Shown: one piece after another, positions 49,535 through 62,530 of the stretch
Position numbering within the stretch: the stretch's first letter is position 1
How the letters are laid out: every line of letters starts with the position of its first letter
Notes under the pieces: model-generated
Seen by the model: only the letters and a program-made list of their open reading frames with translations
Database searches by the model: none
What the model was told of the DNA's origin: nothing
Position numbers and translations under genes: made by a program
DNA from: Carcharhinus longimanus
Lineage: Eukaryota
Assembly: GCA_030264375.1 (NCBI GenBank)
Contig: JASCQW010000072.1
Location: 15,528,634-15,592,633, forward strand
Length of the DNA: 64,000 nucleotides
Reading direction: 5' to 3'

Positions 49535-50140
49535 AGAACATTACATTACAGCGCAGCACAGGCCCTTTGGCCCTTGATGTTGCGCCGACCTGTGAAGCCA
49601 ATCTAAAGCCCATCTAACCTACGCTATTCCAATATCATCCATATGTTTATCCAATGATTACTTAAATGCCCTTATTGTTGGCAAATCCACTGCTGTTGCA
49701 GACCAGGCATTCCACACTCTTACTACTCTGTCCTGTATCTATCACCCTTCAGTTTAAAGCTATGCCCCCTTGTGCTAGCCATCTCCATCCGAGGAAGAAC
49801 GCTCTCACTATCCACCCTATCTAATCCTCTGATCATCTTATATGCTTCTATTAAGTCTCTCCAACGTAAACAGCCTCAAGTCCCTCAGCCCTTCTTCATA
49901 AGGCCTTCCCACCGTACCAGGCAACATCCTGGTAAACCTCCTTTGCACCCTTTCCAATGCTTCCACATCCTTCCTATAGTGCGGGGCCAGAACTGTACGC
50001 AATACTCCAAGTGTGGCCGCACCAGAGTTTTGTACAGCTGCAACATGATCTCATGGCTCCTAACCTCAATCTCTCTACCAATAAAAGCTAACACACTGTA
50101 TGCCTTCTTAACAACCCTATCAACCTGAGTGCCAACTTTC
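49535..50140 (-). mobile_element. Relatively young CR1 3' fragment
   Basis: ORF 49885..50094 MLAFIGREIEVRSHEIMLQLYKTLVRPHLEYCVQFW is the canonical CR1 ORF2 C-terminus. Confidence 0.9.
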
Positions 50141-50779
50141 TGATCTCATAGAAGTTCCAGCTTCACATTAGATATTCCTAAAGGCATCGTTTAGTAATAC
50201 TTTTGTGGAACAAAGAGACAACACAAACCATTCTCAAAATTAGTCAGACTTGCTTGATTAAAGCACCAAGTGGTGATATCAGTCCATCACTGTCATTGAC
50301 AAGTGCCATTGGGTTCCACTGAGATTTGAACATATCAAAAATCTCTTCCTGTTAATGGTCTCCTCAAAATAAAGTTCAAACATTATTGTGGCAATTATTA
50401 GTACCTTTGCTTTCATAAAATATTTTATATGGTGCAATGCATCAGTTTTCTTTAAATGCAAATGCTTACTTTTTAATTCAAAGGATGATGTGTACTTGTT
50501 ATGGTGTATCATTTTTGTAATTGGGTTATGTGTTCTAAAGGAATAAGGCAAAAGGAGATTACCACCATGAAAACAAAAGCTGTAAATGACAGCTACTTTG
50601 TGGCATGGAGTATGCTATGCATGCCAATAAGTAATTATATTTCAGATATTTAATATATGCATCAGAGATGCTTGATAAGGGGCTATAAAAATGCAAGCCA
50701 GTTTCTTAAGCTTGTTGAAATGCTGTGAATGAATTATTCTGTAATTGATGCTTTATCCCTCCACACCATTAAATATATT

Positions 50780-52125
50780 GGACAATGCCACCTTTCTCTA
50801 ATGCTTCATCATCCAACACCTTGAAACCACCCTTGTCTGACATTATTCCTGCGGATTTGAATAATGGCTTCTCTTCCCTCCCGCACAGTCATATTCGGGA
50901 TTTCCAAGAATTTGGCCCTAGGTCCTTTAACTACTCAGCGCTCTCATCCACAAACATAGATTTGTGCATAGCTTTCATTTATAAAGTGCCTTTCATTAGC
51001 TCAATACTTCATAGCCAAAGAAGTGCTTTTGAAATGTTGTCACTGTTGTAATAGAGGTAAATGTGGCAGCTTATGAGTCTGCAAACAATGAAGTAAATGG
51101 TCAGATGATCCATTTTTGGTGATTTTGGTGGATGAATTAAGTTTCAGTGAGATCTCCTACATCTATTAGAGGGGGAAAATTGGTTTAACATCTCATTAAA
51201 AAGACACTACTCCTACCTCAGTACTGCAGTGAAGAGTAGCTGCTCAGATAGCTGGCTTCAATCTTGGGGCACTTTCCATTGGGCCAAGTCTGACACAATG
51301 TCTACTGATAATCTCTAATTCTTCGTCATTTTTCTCAACCTCTTGGCTGCTTCTCTACAATCAAATTGCATGCCCAACAGCATCTTTTCTACCTCAGTGT
51401 GAAGAATCTGAAGCAATCATTTTCATTCCCATCCAGAACTCGGTTGACTTACTATTTATTCCATCTCCCTCCATGATCATTCTCCCAAGTTAATCGGACA
51501 ATGCCACCCTATTCAACCCAACAACTTAGTCATCAAGAAAATTTCTCGCTTTTGCCCTTACTTCAACTACTACCTTGTTTGAAACCCTTACATGTGCCTT
51601 CCTAAGCACCAGTCTTCTTAGCATCCATAACTGCTCTATAATTGAGACACTGTCAGACGTATCCTGTTCTTTGTTACCACTCATCCTTCATCTCTTGATC
51701 ATCCCTTACCCAACATTTTCTGCTTCCTTCTCCTAGCTCTATGTCCCATAAAACAATTTAAAAATCTGTCTCCTTATATCTGTGTTCTCTCTGAGCGCAC
51801 CTTATGTTTGTCATCTCTTCCAGTCCTGTATACCTGTCAAAGTAATTTGTTCCCTTGAATCAGATTTCTGTCTCTCCCTAGTTTTCCTTCCTCCCCCGGT
51901 GGCAGAGAGCTAAGTTACCTCAGTGCTTCTCTTTGGAACTCTTTTCCGAAACCACTCTGCCTCAACTCATTTAAGAATCTTTTCAAGAAACATATTTGAT
52001 CAGACATTCATTCATTTTTAAATAAAAAAGACTTCCATTTATATAGTACCTTTCATGACTTCAAGACATCACGAAACACGGAATAGCCAACTAAGTATTT
52101 TAGAAGTGTAGTTCACTGTTGTATT
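50780..52125. mobile_element. Mosaic of old L2-like fragments and minus-strand Deu-SINE remnants (50975-51300, 52025-52125)
   Basis: Pyrimidine-rich L2-type remnants and reverse-complement Deu tail (CATTTATATAGTACCTTTCATGAC..GAAGTGTAGT.CACTGTTGTA). Confidence 0.45.
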
Positions 52126-52345
52126 ATAATCTCTCCCTTTTTGTCTTTGTCTGCAGTTTCTACACCTATTTCCTCCACTCTTGGAAGTCTCTTTCATTAC
52201 AGATGCTATATAAATTCAAGTCGTGTGGTGTTTAATCTGTGAATATGTACCAATATTGTACATCGTTAGAAGTCACTAAGTGTCTTGTATTGCTTTCAAG
52301 TGGAAGTTTGCTGTCACATGACTGACTTTCTCTTTTGGGTTTTAG

Positions 52346-52432
52346 GAGTTCCACCTGGAGTATGATAAACTAGAGGAAAGACCTCATCTGCCGTCATCTT
52401 TGAACTACAACCCTGCTCAGCAAGCCTTCTAA
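52346..52432 (+). CDS. CNOT2: CNOT2 terminal coding exon EFHLEYDKLEERPHLPSSLNYNPAQQAF*
   Basis: ggttttag acceptor and TAA stop at 52430-52432. Matches the CNOT2 C-terminus. Confidence 0.97.
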   Translation, partial: EFHLEYDKLEERPHLPSSLNYNPAQQAF

Positions 52433-53490
52433 AGACTTAACTGTTCATGGGGTATGGCTGTCTCAGCACAATACTCAAACTGCGGAAACCGAAGTGGCTC
52501 AGGCATCCTGGTTTTTATTCTTTGAGGATCTGGCAATTGGCTCATGTGGATGGATCGACATTTTGAAGTCCTGCCTTAGTAATTATGTGCTGCCCAACAC
52601 AACTGAATTTGTATTTTTTTTTCTGTTTTTTTTTATTATTTTGAGCAGGGTATGTTTAAAAACGACACACAAAATAATTTTTCAGCCTACAGGCAGACTT
52701 TGTTCTGCCAAAGGACAAGTGGACCGACAACATTTTCATTGCTAAATTTCCAAAGTGTAAAAATTTAAAAAGTTTGCATTGTTCATTGTAGCATTACTGG
52801 TAATAATAAAAAAATGTTTAGTGCATTTTTATGTGAAGATCCTCCTTGTATTTCATTTGGAAAGATAAGCAGCCTGCATTTGATTTGTCCATTTTACTAC
52901 CCCTAATGTTTTTGAATGGCATTTCCGCCAAGTTAAATGCAAGAACATTTGACTGTTTAAGTGAACGTTATTGCCACGACCTCTGGACATTTTCCACGGT
53001 TGTGTATCACTGGGCTTCATCTTTCCAGAATGAGCAAAACACTGTCCAGTCTTTGTTACAATTTTGTAATAAAAGTGTACATTTTTTTAATTTTTGGACA
53101 TCACATGAATAAAGATATGTATGTACGAATGTGTATATATTATATATATGACATCTATTTTGGAAAATATTTGCCCTGCTGTACCTCATTTTTCGGAGGT
53201 GTGCATGGATGCAATACATGAAAACAGGACATTTCGGGAACTGCTGAGCAGGGGACCGCTGTGTCGCCCTGTGCACTTAAGGGCCAGATTTTCAGCAGCC
53301 AAGGACATCCATACCCAATTGAACATGATGGGACTTCAGGAAGTGAACTGAGACAATTCACAATGGCTGGTTGAACAGCAGCATTTCATAGGAAAAAAAA
53401 GAATTAAAAAAAAATCAATCTTGTATTTTCTGACCACATTAAAGCTTCTTCTCTTTGTAATAAAGTAGAAAAGCTGTCCTAACTGCAGTG
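52433..53490 (+). promoter_or_regulatory. CNOT2: CNOT2 3' UTR with candidate polyadenylation signals
   Basis: Repeat-free AU-rich sequence after the stop codon. AATAAA at 52805, 53068, 53108 and 53459. Which signals are used is inferred. Confidence 0.75.
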
Positions 53491-54868
53491 TTGCCTTTAA
53501 TTTGAAATTGCTACGCAATAATGTATTTTAATTGCTTGCCTTGAATACAAATGAAAGACGTTTTGCAGTATTTGTTGGAATTTTTCACTTCATGACTGGT
53601 GTCTTAGTGTTCTGCTCACCAGGTAAGTGTTTGATTTTGTATTAGTCGTGGTTCATTTAAAAACTTTAAAAAGGCGGAGAGCCGTTAAGTGATCTTTAAC
53701 AATAAGGAAGTGCAGTCATGAGTTACTGTACTTCAGTGATAATTTTAGATTTGTTAATACAGTATTTCAGTTTTGGTGAAATCCTTTTAAGGATGGAGCA
53801 CCACATCAAGGCACATCTCTAAGTAAGAGTACATTTGATTACTAAATTATGCTCAGTGGTAATCCATTAGTGACCACCTCCTAAAGAGCCAGAACTAACC
53901 TATAACAAGTCTCTCAACCACAACAGACATGACTGCAGTCGTTTAGCAGCAATTAAAGCAAGCTGTTGTCATTTTTCTCCATCAGAAAACCAGACACATT
54001 TATTGCATATGTCAAACTGTAACCCAATGTCTGTTCAGAATTTATAAACAACCTTTTCTTTCTTTTCTGTTTCTATAATCGATCATCGTGAGTTAGTGGA
54101 GCAAACCTTCATGTCCATGATTTTAGCGCCGGGTGACTAGTCATCTTTTGCTCTAACAAATCTTTCTTTTGATTGTATAAGAATAGCGCACAAATATTTA
54201 GGATTTAAGTGTCAAATGATTAAAGCATGTCCAAATCAGATTTTCCCCCTTATAAAAAAAAGATAGTTTGCACACAAGACTGACTGACTGACTTTAAAAA
54301 AAAAAATCACTAACAAAGACATTTAATATTATAAATTCAGTAGTCCCAAATCATGTGAATTTTTCCTGCACTTATTTCCTTCATCTCTTCATAGTTTCCA
54401 GTTTGCATGTATAGAAACGAGTGTATTTCAATGCATATTTCTAGCTTAATTTCTTGCAGCCATTCCATTTTTTGTTCCTGTAAAATGGAAAAATTCTGGC
54501 AAATCTGGGAGCTCTCAAGTTCAACTTTACCAAGCAGTGAAATTTGGACCCATTTCTTTGGCTGTATTTTCATTTGAATATAAAATAGGTTAAAAAGTTT
54601 ACTTAAAAAAGAGATCAATTATTTGCACCTTTGATTACATCACTTATAAACATTAGATGAAAGTTTAAGAATGCTTTGAAGAAGAAAATCAGGACTGCTG
54701 GCCTGAGCCTGAAAAATGAAATATCTAAATTACTGGTTTAATCAATCATCACTAAAGTAGTACATTAGATTTCTAAATAAACTAACTAAAAATTTGGGTT
54801 AAGCATTTTTGAGAGATTTTGGATGCTTCTACTAATCAGTCCCAAATGATTTTTCTGTTCAAAAATTG

Positions 54869-55150
54869 GGTGGCATAGTGCTGCCTGACAGCGCCAGGGA
54901 CCCGGGTTCAATTCCGAGCTTGGGTCACTATGTGTGGAGTTTACACGTTTTCCCTGTGTCTGTGTGGATTTCCTCTGGGTGCTCTGATTTCTTCCCATAG
55001 TCTGAAAGACATGCTGGTTAAGTGCATTGGCCACGCTAAATTCTCTCTTGGTGTACCGGAACAGGTGCTGGAGTGTGGCAACTAGGGGATTTTCACAGTA
55101 ACTTCATTGCAGTGTTAATGTAAACCTACTGTGACAATAATGAATAAATT
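54869..55150 (+). mobile_element. HE1-like SINE, alternative tail
   Basis: CAGCGCCAGGGACCCGGGTTCAATTCC head and GGGGATTTTCACAGTAACTTCATTGCAG tail. Confidence 0.87.
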
Positions 55151-56224
55151 TTAAAAAACAATGAATTTGAGTGATTGCAGTATTATTCATTTTAATAATC
55201 GTCATACAGTGAAGCATTCTTTTTAGAAATGTAATTTAATCCAGAAGTTGGCTGTTGCCAACTGAGTTTGCACTTGCAGCTAAGGAATATTGAGAACTTT
55301 AGTGATTAAGTATCTGGGATGTTCTCAGTTATTGCTTGGAGTGTGTAATTTCTCCAATTCTAGATTGTTATGCATAATGTATATAACTAAATTTAATCCC
55401 CTGAAGTCAAACTTTCAACAAGTACGTGTCTGGGCTCAGGAAAGCACAGCTAGGACAAAGATTAATTAATAGATGAAGTGGAAAAACGGTATTCAGTCTC
55501 CCAGCTTACTCTAGTAAAGTACAACTTTCTAGTGCCACAACTGATGAACAATAGATCCTGCCAGACCTCAGTGGTTCTCTACACAACCCATATTGTCACT
55601 TTGTGAAATATTTTACCTGCATCTGCCAAATGTACATATTTTTAAACATAGATTTATCATTTACTCAATGCAAGTTAATTTTTATTTGCAATATGAGAAT
55701 ATCATTTTTTTCCTATTAAACTCTTAATTTCAATGAAGTAGAAGCACATTAAGGTGAAGTGTCTGAAAAGAAAGATGGGTACCTATTATGTTTGCACTGT
55801 TTAGTGCCACTCCCACGTTCCTGTAAACCAAAATTTTGAGAAAGCTTTGGTGGGGAAAGGTGTGAATTTAAGAAAATTGCTTGCATCGTGGCTGTTAGCA
55901 GAACAAATACTTTTAGTTGTTGTTATGTTTTTCAACAAGACTGATGATCCAAACTAAAATGCATGTTGACTGCATCGTTATCTTCTTCCCCTATCTTTAA
56001 GATGCTGTTTGAACGTTGCAGGCACAACATCCAAGGTAAGTCTAACAAACTAATTAAATTGTACTTCGTCATTCATAATTTTTCTCACTATTAATGAAGC
56101 AGGTTATGGTATAAACTGGTATGGTAAAACCAGATGTAACATCTGTGAATGCAGTTATTACTAGATAGCAAGATATATCAGTGAGCTGCCTGCTGTTTCA
56201 TAACAATTAGTGTGGCATTTTAGG

Positions 56225-56510
56225 TAAAGAAAATCTTGCACCCTTCACAGCCAAAGCACTTTATGGCCAATGCAGATTTTTAAAAATGGATTCATCTTTG
56301 TAATGCTGGAAACAGCAACTAGACTGTTTATAATATGATCCCATAAACTTGAATGTGGTAGAGTTCAGATTATCTGTTTTATTGATTCAAGGATAAACAT
56401 TGACCAAAGAACAAATCCCCTATTAAACTTTAAATGATGTCGATTTTAAAATATATGCACCTAAAATGACGGATGAAGCCTCAATTTATCAGACCTGAAA
56501 GACGGGTAAT
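56225..56510 (-). mobile_element. Old Deu-domain SINE remnant
   Basis: Degenerate reverse complement (CAAAGCACTTTATGGCCAATG...CAGATTATCTGTTTT...CTGAAAGACGG). Confidence 0.45.
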
Positions 56511-59493
56511 GATGTTTAACCCCAATTGCATCATAGCAATTCTTTCATCGCGTGCAATCACAATGACAACTTATGTTTTTGATTTGACATGTAAAATTCA
56601 CATCAGAAGTTAACCTGTTGGGAACTTGGTGCAGTCAGTCACAGTTAGTTTTCAAGCAAATTTAAATTCACCCCAGAATATTAATTGGAAAGTCTCTGGT
56701 TGCAAAGGTCTGATGAGATATGAAATCCAACAACCTCCCTCAACTCCTAGGGGTATTTCTTGGCTCCCCTAATTTAACACTAACTGAGTCTCGGGCAAGA
56801 GACCATATGATTAAAAAGTCACTGGTGTGAGGAGCTGATTTTCTGAAGTTTAAATTTAGTACCTGAAATTGAGCACCAGCACCACTAATCCCACATTTAA
56901 ATTCAGACTAAGCAGATTATCTAACTGGTTTGTTAGCAAAGTAGAATTGAGACGTTTTCTGAAGTGAACTGTATCTTTTTAAATGTATATGTAACGTTAG
57001 TAGTACTTTCCGAAAAAAAAGTTCCGAACACTTATGATTTACATACTGTTTTTGTTGGTAGTATTTTGATTCCCCCCCTCCCTTTCTGGAGATGTTATGT
57101 CCCTCTATTGCCTCACCAAACTGCTCGCGAGTAGGCTGTTTGATTTTGGGGGGCATCAAAACCAAGTTCGGTTCACCATTCGCAAGTGCACTTTGTGCAA
57201 ATAGCTTTTCAATGATTTAGCTCTCCCATCAGCTTTGGAGCCCTGACGAGAATAGCACTCCATCTGCTGCTGGAGTCACAATTAACTAACACAAACCTAG
57301 AATCTTGGTGCCACCCAATGTGTGATATTCCATTCACTAGTTTATCAAAAGCGCCATAATTAATTTGAAAATGCAAACCCCCACTTCACTCAAATATGGC
57401 ATGTTCTATATTTAGAGCTGGTTGATGTGTACTGAAAATAAATCTAGGTCACCCAGTTTCCACATCAACTTAAATAAAATCAAAGGTTACATCATTTGAA
57501 GATGATGCACAGAAATGGAAAAGAAAATCTGTAAAGAAAAATACCGCCCTTTGACTGACAGGCTTGAGGAGCATCGATTCAAATGGACTGTAATTGTTTG
57601 GGGGCGGGGTGCAGGAGGGAGAGACGACACTTGGGGGAAGTGACCTAGTGAGACACCAAGTTCTACCAGATTCTTCAAACCGGTGTTTACAAATGTGCTT
57701 TTTTGACAAATCCATCCAAAAAAAATCTAACGATCAAGTCACTGCAAACATGGTAAGCCCAACTAATTGCCTGCCATGGTCTGTTGTTCTAGTTTGGGGT
57801 GTTGACTTCTTGCTAAATAACATTTTACTCACGTCACTCACCTTCGAATACCTCACTTGGATTCATTCCTCAGCCATGAATCTTGCAATAGGTATTACGA
57901 ACTGGCCATTTGTATGGACCTTCATTAGGAGTTGCTGGCTGGTGATTTTTTTTTCGGAGGGAGTGGGTTCCATCCCTCCTTCCGCGGGGATAATTGAAAC
58001 TACGATTGGCAAACCCAGTATACGGAGAGGTAAAGTGAATCTGGGCCTGTAGCTGCCCTTTGGCTTAACAACCAGAGCCATGGCAGGAGATTAGTTGAAA
58101 ATAGGCCAAACGAAGATATCGATATTAAGGTCAACGCATGACCTCTATACTTGAAATTGTTTTCTTGAATTCGTGTTCAGTGAAAAAAACTGAACTGGAC
58201 AATGGAGTATTCAATACCTTTGTCGGTTAGAGCTGTTTAAATGAGATCTTGAATTTAGCTTCCCTCAACATAAGGTGTTCTAAAACCACAAACCAGTTTG
58301 CTCTCATTGTGGTTTGGGGCGTTTGACCCTTTTATCAGCTGAAAGGCAAAATGAGAAGTCAGCAAACTGTTGGCTGACACCTTTGTTCCCACATTTCGAG
58401 TAACAGTTACAAATGTGAGGATAAACATGAGGGCAGATAAACAATAATGTTGCATGAAAGGTTCTCACTGCAAAATGGACTGCAGGGATTGAGGTACTGG
58501 TACCGAATGAGTCAACTTTACGGGTATATTCCTGTGCCTGCCCTGATTTGTGTGACCTCACACTTCGGTACATTTTTTTAAAAATCAAGAATTAGGTTGT
58601 AGTGGTGTACCACTCACTTCTAAAAATGATTTTGCGCTTGTAGTCTTCCCTTAGTGTTTAAAAGGCCCAGTAAACCAAACGAGCTGCTGTCTTGTTGGGA
58701 CATTTCCAGCATGTTCTATTATTTCAGATTTCCAGTACCTGCAGGATTTTATTTGTCCAAAGTTGTCCTCGGATTAATGTCGCTGTTGTGGGATAATCAA
58801 GTCCCGATTTTTTTTTTAAAAAGTGTGTTACTCAGTAATGTATGGCTAAATATTTCTGAAGGTATTTCTTTTGTACGGGGTGACATCTCTGGGCTTTTAA
58901 AGAAAAATCAACATTCAAAATGGAACAACCCTACCTTTTGAGGAAAGAGCTGATCAGAAGGAGCCAAGCGCGCTCTTCCACCTGCAGAGTGACAGTTCAA
59001 AAAAAAACAAGCACACTAGATTGATTGGGATATATTTAAAACAACGAAGATACCATCCTTCTTGGTGCTGTTCCCAAAGGAAGATGAGAAAACCATATGT
59101 ATAAATCTTTCTTACTTGTCCCCCATAGAGTGTGATAAAATGGTGAGCATGTACTATTCTTCCAATCCTGGTTAAATGAACTCCAAAGTGTTAAATAATT
59201 CATCAGCTCCACCCTGGAGGTAATTTGGGGAGTGGGTGGGAACAGAGCTTCAAGTCCATTAGCGGCACCTGTCTTCAGCTGTCAATCTTTTTAATCATTC
59301 TTTTTTGCTAACTAAATCCGATTAACTAAGGGACAAATTAAAAGGGGCAGGTCCCAAAAGCAGGAGAACTGCCCAAAACAAAGGACTGAGTAGAAAGGAA
59401 ACTTAAAGTATCAAATTAAAATGTGATTAATGGGGTCCACAATGCACCCCAGTCCCTTGCAGTGCTCAGTGGGCACAGAAGGTAAAAAGTAGT

Positions 59494-59769
59494 TCATTTA
59501 TTAGTCACAAATAAGGCTTATGTTAACATTACAATCAAGTTACCTTAAAATTTCCCATTTTAAAAGAGGCCGCATTCTGGTGCCTGTTTGGGTCAATGCA
59601 CCTAACTAGCACACCTTTCAGACTATGGGAGGAAACCAGAGCCCCCAGAGGAAACCCGTGCAGACATGGGGAGAATGTGCAAACTTTGCTTAGCCAGTGA
59701 CCCAAGCCAGCAATCTGGATCCCTGGCACTGCGAAGCAGCAGTGCTAACCACTGTGCTGCCATGCCACC
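59494..59769 (-). mobile_element. HE1-like SINE, alternative tail
   Basis: Reverse complement of the family consensus. Confidence 0.83.
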
Positions 59770-61275
59770 TATGTTAACAGTGCCCTTAGACAATTAGGGC
59801 CCCAATCTCTGCAGTGCATTCCATAAACCAATTTCAGGCCATTCACCCTCATGTGATTCAGTAGTAATTTTTCCAATATTCTTGCCAATAGGTTATTAGC
59901 TGTGTGAATTTTCTTGTTTCTATAACACAGTGAGTCATGCCTTTCTGCAGGAACCACCTGGTGTCAGCTCTATTGGCCGGAAAGCATATAGCGGGAGCAA
60001 CTATGCCCCCTAGGACCACTGCCAGCAGAAAAATGGGTGATATGTTGGACTAGTGTGAGTCTTCATGATGTGGCCATTGATCTTGGGGACGTAGTCACTG
60101 TACATCACTACAGTTGGCGCACAGCACCATTGGAACAAGAGTACACCCCTGCACAATGCTCAAACTTTTCAATGTGGTTAAATCAACAGTGCTGTGTTGC
60201 ATTCTGACTGGGATATTAACTTGTGGCATCCGCTGATCGTGAGTTTATTTCTTTCGAATGTCGACATACAATGTTGTCATGCTTCTTGTCAAATTTAAAG
60301 TGTCTCCATGTGTTTTAACTTGTACACCCACAGGAAGCTTATCATTTGCTGGTTNNNNNNNNNNNNNNNNNNNNNNNNNNNNNNNNNNNNNNNNNNNNNN
60401 NNNNNNNNNNNNNNNNNNNNNNNNNNNNNNNNNNNNNNNNNNNNNNNNNNNNNNNNNNNNNNNNNNNNNNNNNNNNNNNNNNNNNNNNNNNNNNNNNNNN
60501 NNNNNNNNNNNNNNNNNNNNNNNNNNNNNNNNNNNNNNNNNNNNNNNNNNNNNNNNNNNNNNNNNNNNNNNNNNNNNNNNNNNNNNNNNNNNNNNNNNNN
60601 NNNNNNNNNNNNNNNNNNNNNNNNNNNNNNNNNNNNNNNNNNNNNNNNNNNNNNNNNNNNNNNNNNNNNNNNNNNNNNNNNNNNNNNNNNNNNNNNNNNN
60701 NNNNNNNNNNNNNNNNNNNNNNNNNNNNNNNNNNNNNNNNNNNNNNNNNNNNNNNNNNNNNNNNNNNNNNNNNNNNNNNNNNNNNNNNNNNNNNNNNNNN
60801 NNNNNNNNNNNNNNNNNNNNNNNNNNNNNNNNNNNNNNNNNNNNNNNNNNNNNNNNNNNNNNNNNNNNNNNNNNNNNNNNNNNNNNNNNNNNNNNNNNNN
60901 NNNNNNNNNNNNNNNNNNNNNNNNNNNNNNNNNNNNNNNNNNNNNNNNNNNNNNNNNNNNNNNNNNNNNNNNNNNNNNNNNNNNNNNNNNNNNNNNNNNN
61001 NNNNNNNNNNNNNNNNNNNNNNNNNNNNNNNNNNNNNNNNNNNNNNNNNNNNNNNNNNNNNNNNNNNNNNNNNNNNNNNNNNNNNNNNNNNNNNNNNNNN
61101 NNNNNNNNNNNNNNNNNNNNNNNNNNNNNNNNNNNNNNNNNNNNNNNNNNNNNNNNNNNNNNNNNNNNNNNNNNNNNNNNNNNNNNNNNNNNNNNNNNNN
61201 NNNNNNNNNNNNNNNNNNNNNNNNNNNNNNNNNNNNNNNNNNNNNNNNNNNNNNNNNNNNNNNNNNNNNNNNNNN

Positions 61276-61545
61276 GGGAGTCTCAATCTCGGAGGGGGGG
61301 GGGGCACAGTTTCAGAATAAAGAGTTGCCCATTTAAGACAAGGAATTTCTTTGCTGATGAATTTTTGGAATTCTCTAAGGTAGGGGGCTGTGAAGGATGG
61401 GTCATTGAATATATTAAGAAAGGCCGAATAGATTTTTTTTAAAAAAAGAGTACTTTAGTCAATGATTATGGGAAGCAGGAGGCTCAAATCAGTCAATATT
61501 GAATAGTGGGACAGCCTCGAGGGGCCGAATGGCCACTGTCCCTCT
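61276..61545 (+). mobile_element. Old CR1 3' end following a large gap
   Basis: GESQSR..GHSFRIK..PFKT coding and CTCGAGGGGCCGAATGGCC tail. Confidence 0.65.
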
Positions 61546-62530
61546 CCTGCACTTGAGAGAGATTTGTTTCCACTCCGCATCTCTTCAAAAGCAACGCTGC
61601 TCAATCACTGGAGTAGGCAGCACCATGGTCAATAGATACAACTGGGTAGACTGTGCAGTTAGTGGCCTGCAGGGCTGTCTGTTCCAGGGAAGGATAGCCA
61701 CCAGTCTGCGTAGTGGCGCTGAGTGAATTTTATTTTGGCTTGGCGCTACAGAGAGAATGTGCCAGTTCCATCCATCAGCACGAAACAGATCTAAAAGTCA
61801 GCACACTTGAATCTGTGCTTGTGAACCGGGCAAGTGGGGGTCTTGCAAGAGACCAGGAAAAGCATTTTCCCCTTTCCGCGTGAAGCTGGAAATCATGAGG
61901 TAAGCTCATTTTCTCTGCTTTTGCAAACGCTTGCTCAATTCAATCATTAAAACCACACAGGGTAATTTATTGAAATCACTCTGAGCGATTATGCTTTGTC
62001 CTGCCAACTTTATCAAGCTAACGCGGCGGTGTATCAGAAGGCTGGATCAATTGAACTGGAATTAAACTAATTCCTGCAGCAGAAAGTGACTTGTGGGCGC
62101 AATTTACTGGCGCTTAAAATTCCGGAACCTGTTTGTTTTGCGCCGTTTTGTGTCCCTTCGGTAACCTGGATGGAAATGGCAAAGCTCTGTACTCGAGACC
62201 ACTGGAGGTGGGGGATTTGTGACGGTGAATAACTCTAGAATTAGGGTCTGATTCCCACACGGGGAGAGAGTTGGGGTGATGCTGGCTGTCATTTATTAGA
62301 CTTGGACAGTGAGCTTTTACTTGGCATAGGATGACCCACACGTCCTGGGAGGAGGGAGATCCGATTAGTTATTATAGTGAGGGAGATGGAATCAGGGAAA
62401 TGTGGTGCAAAATTCTACATGGAGGAGGTAAATACCTTCAGTTTTAGCCCCCGGAATGACTCTCTCCTTGTTTAGGAGGAGTTCTTTTGAGAGTCTTCTG
62501 CTTAACAAGCGTTTGACACCAACTGCAGCG

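Noticed and set aside
57594-58081. 152-aa + strand ORF and overlapping 72-aa - strand ORF in the intergenic region
   Set aside because: No recognisable domain, a non-ATG start for the longer ORF and no splice context; probably chance or old repeat.
1707-59729. Recurrent short ORFs of the type WLALLPHSARD..CLCGVCTFSPCL
   Set aside because: They are translations of SINE copies, not a gene family.
1781-59769. tRNA genes at SINE heads
   Set aside because: The A/B-box regions run straight into SINE bodies and lack complete cloverleaves.
60258-61442. Long ORFs (321-394 aa), and similar ORFs at 15278-15823, 32720-33276, 35120-35548, 38484-38734 and 42314-42661
   Set aside because: They are open only because they run through N gaps (15381-15732, 32979-33078, 35265-35364, 38578-38677, 42470-42569, 60355-61275).
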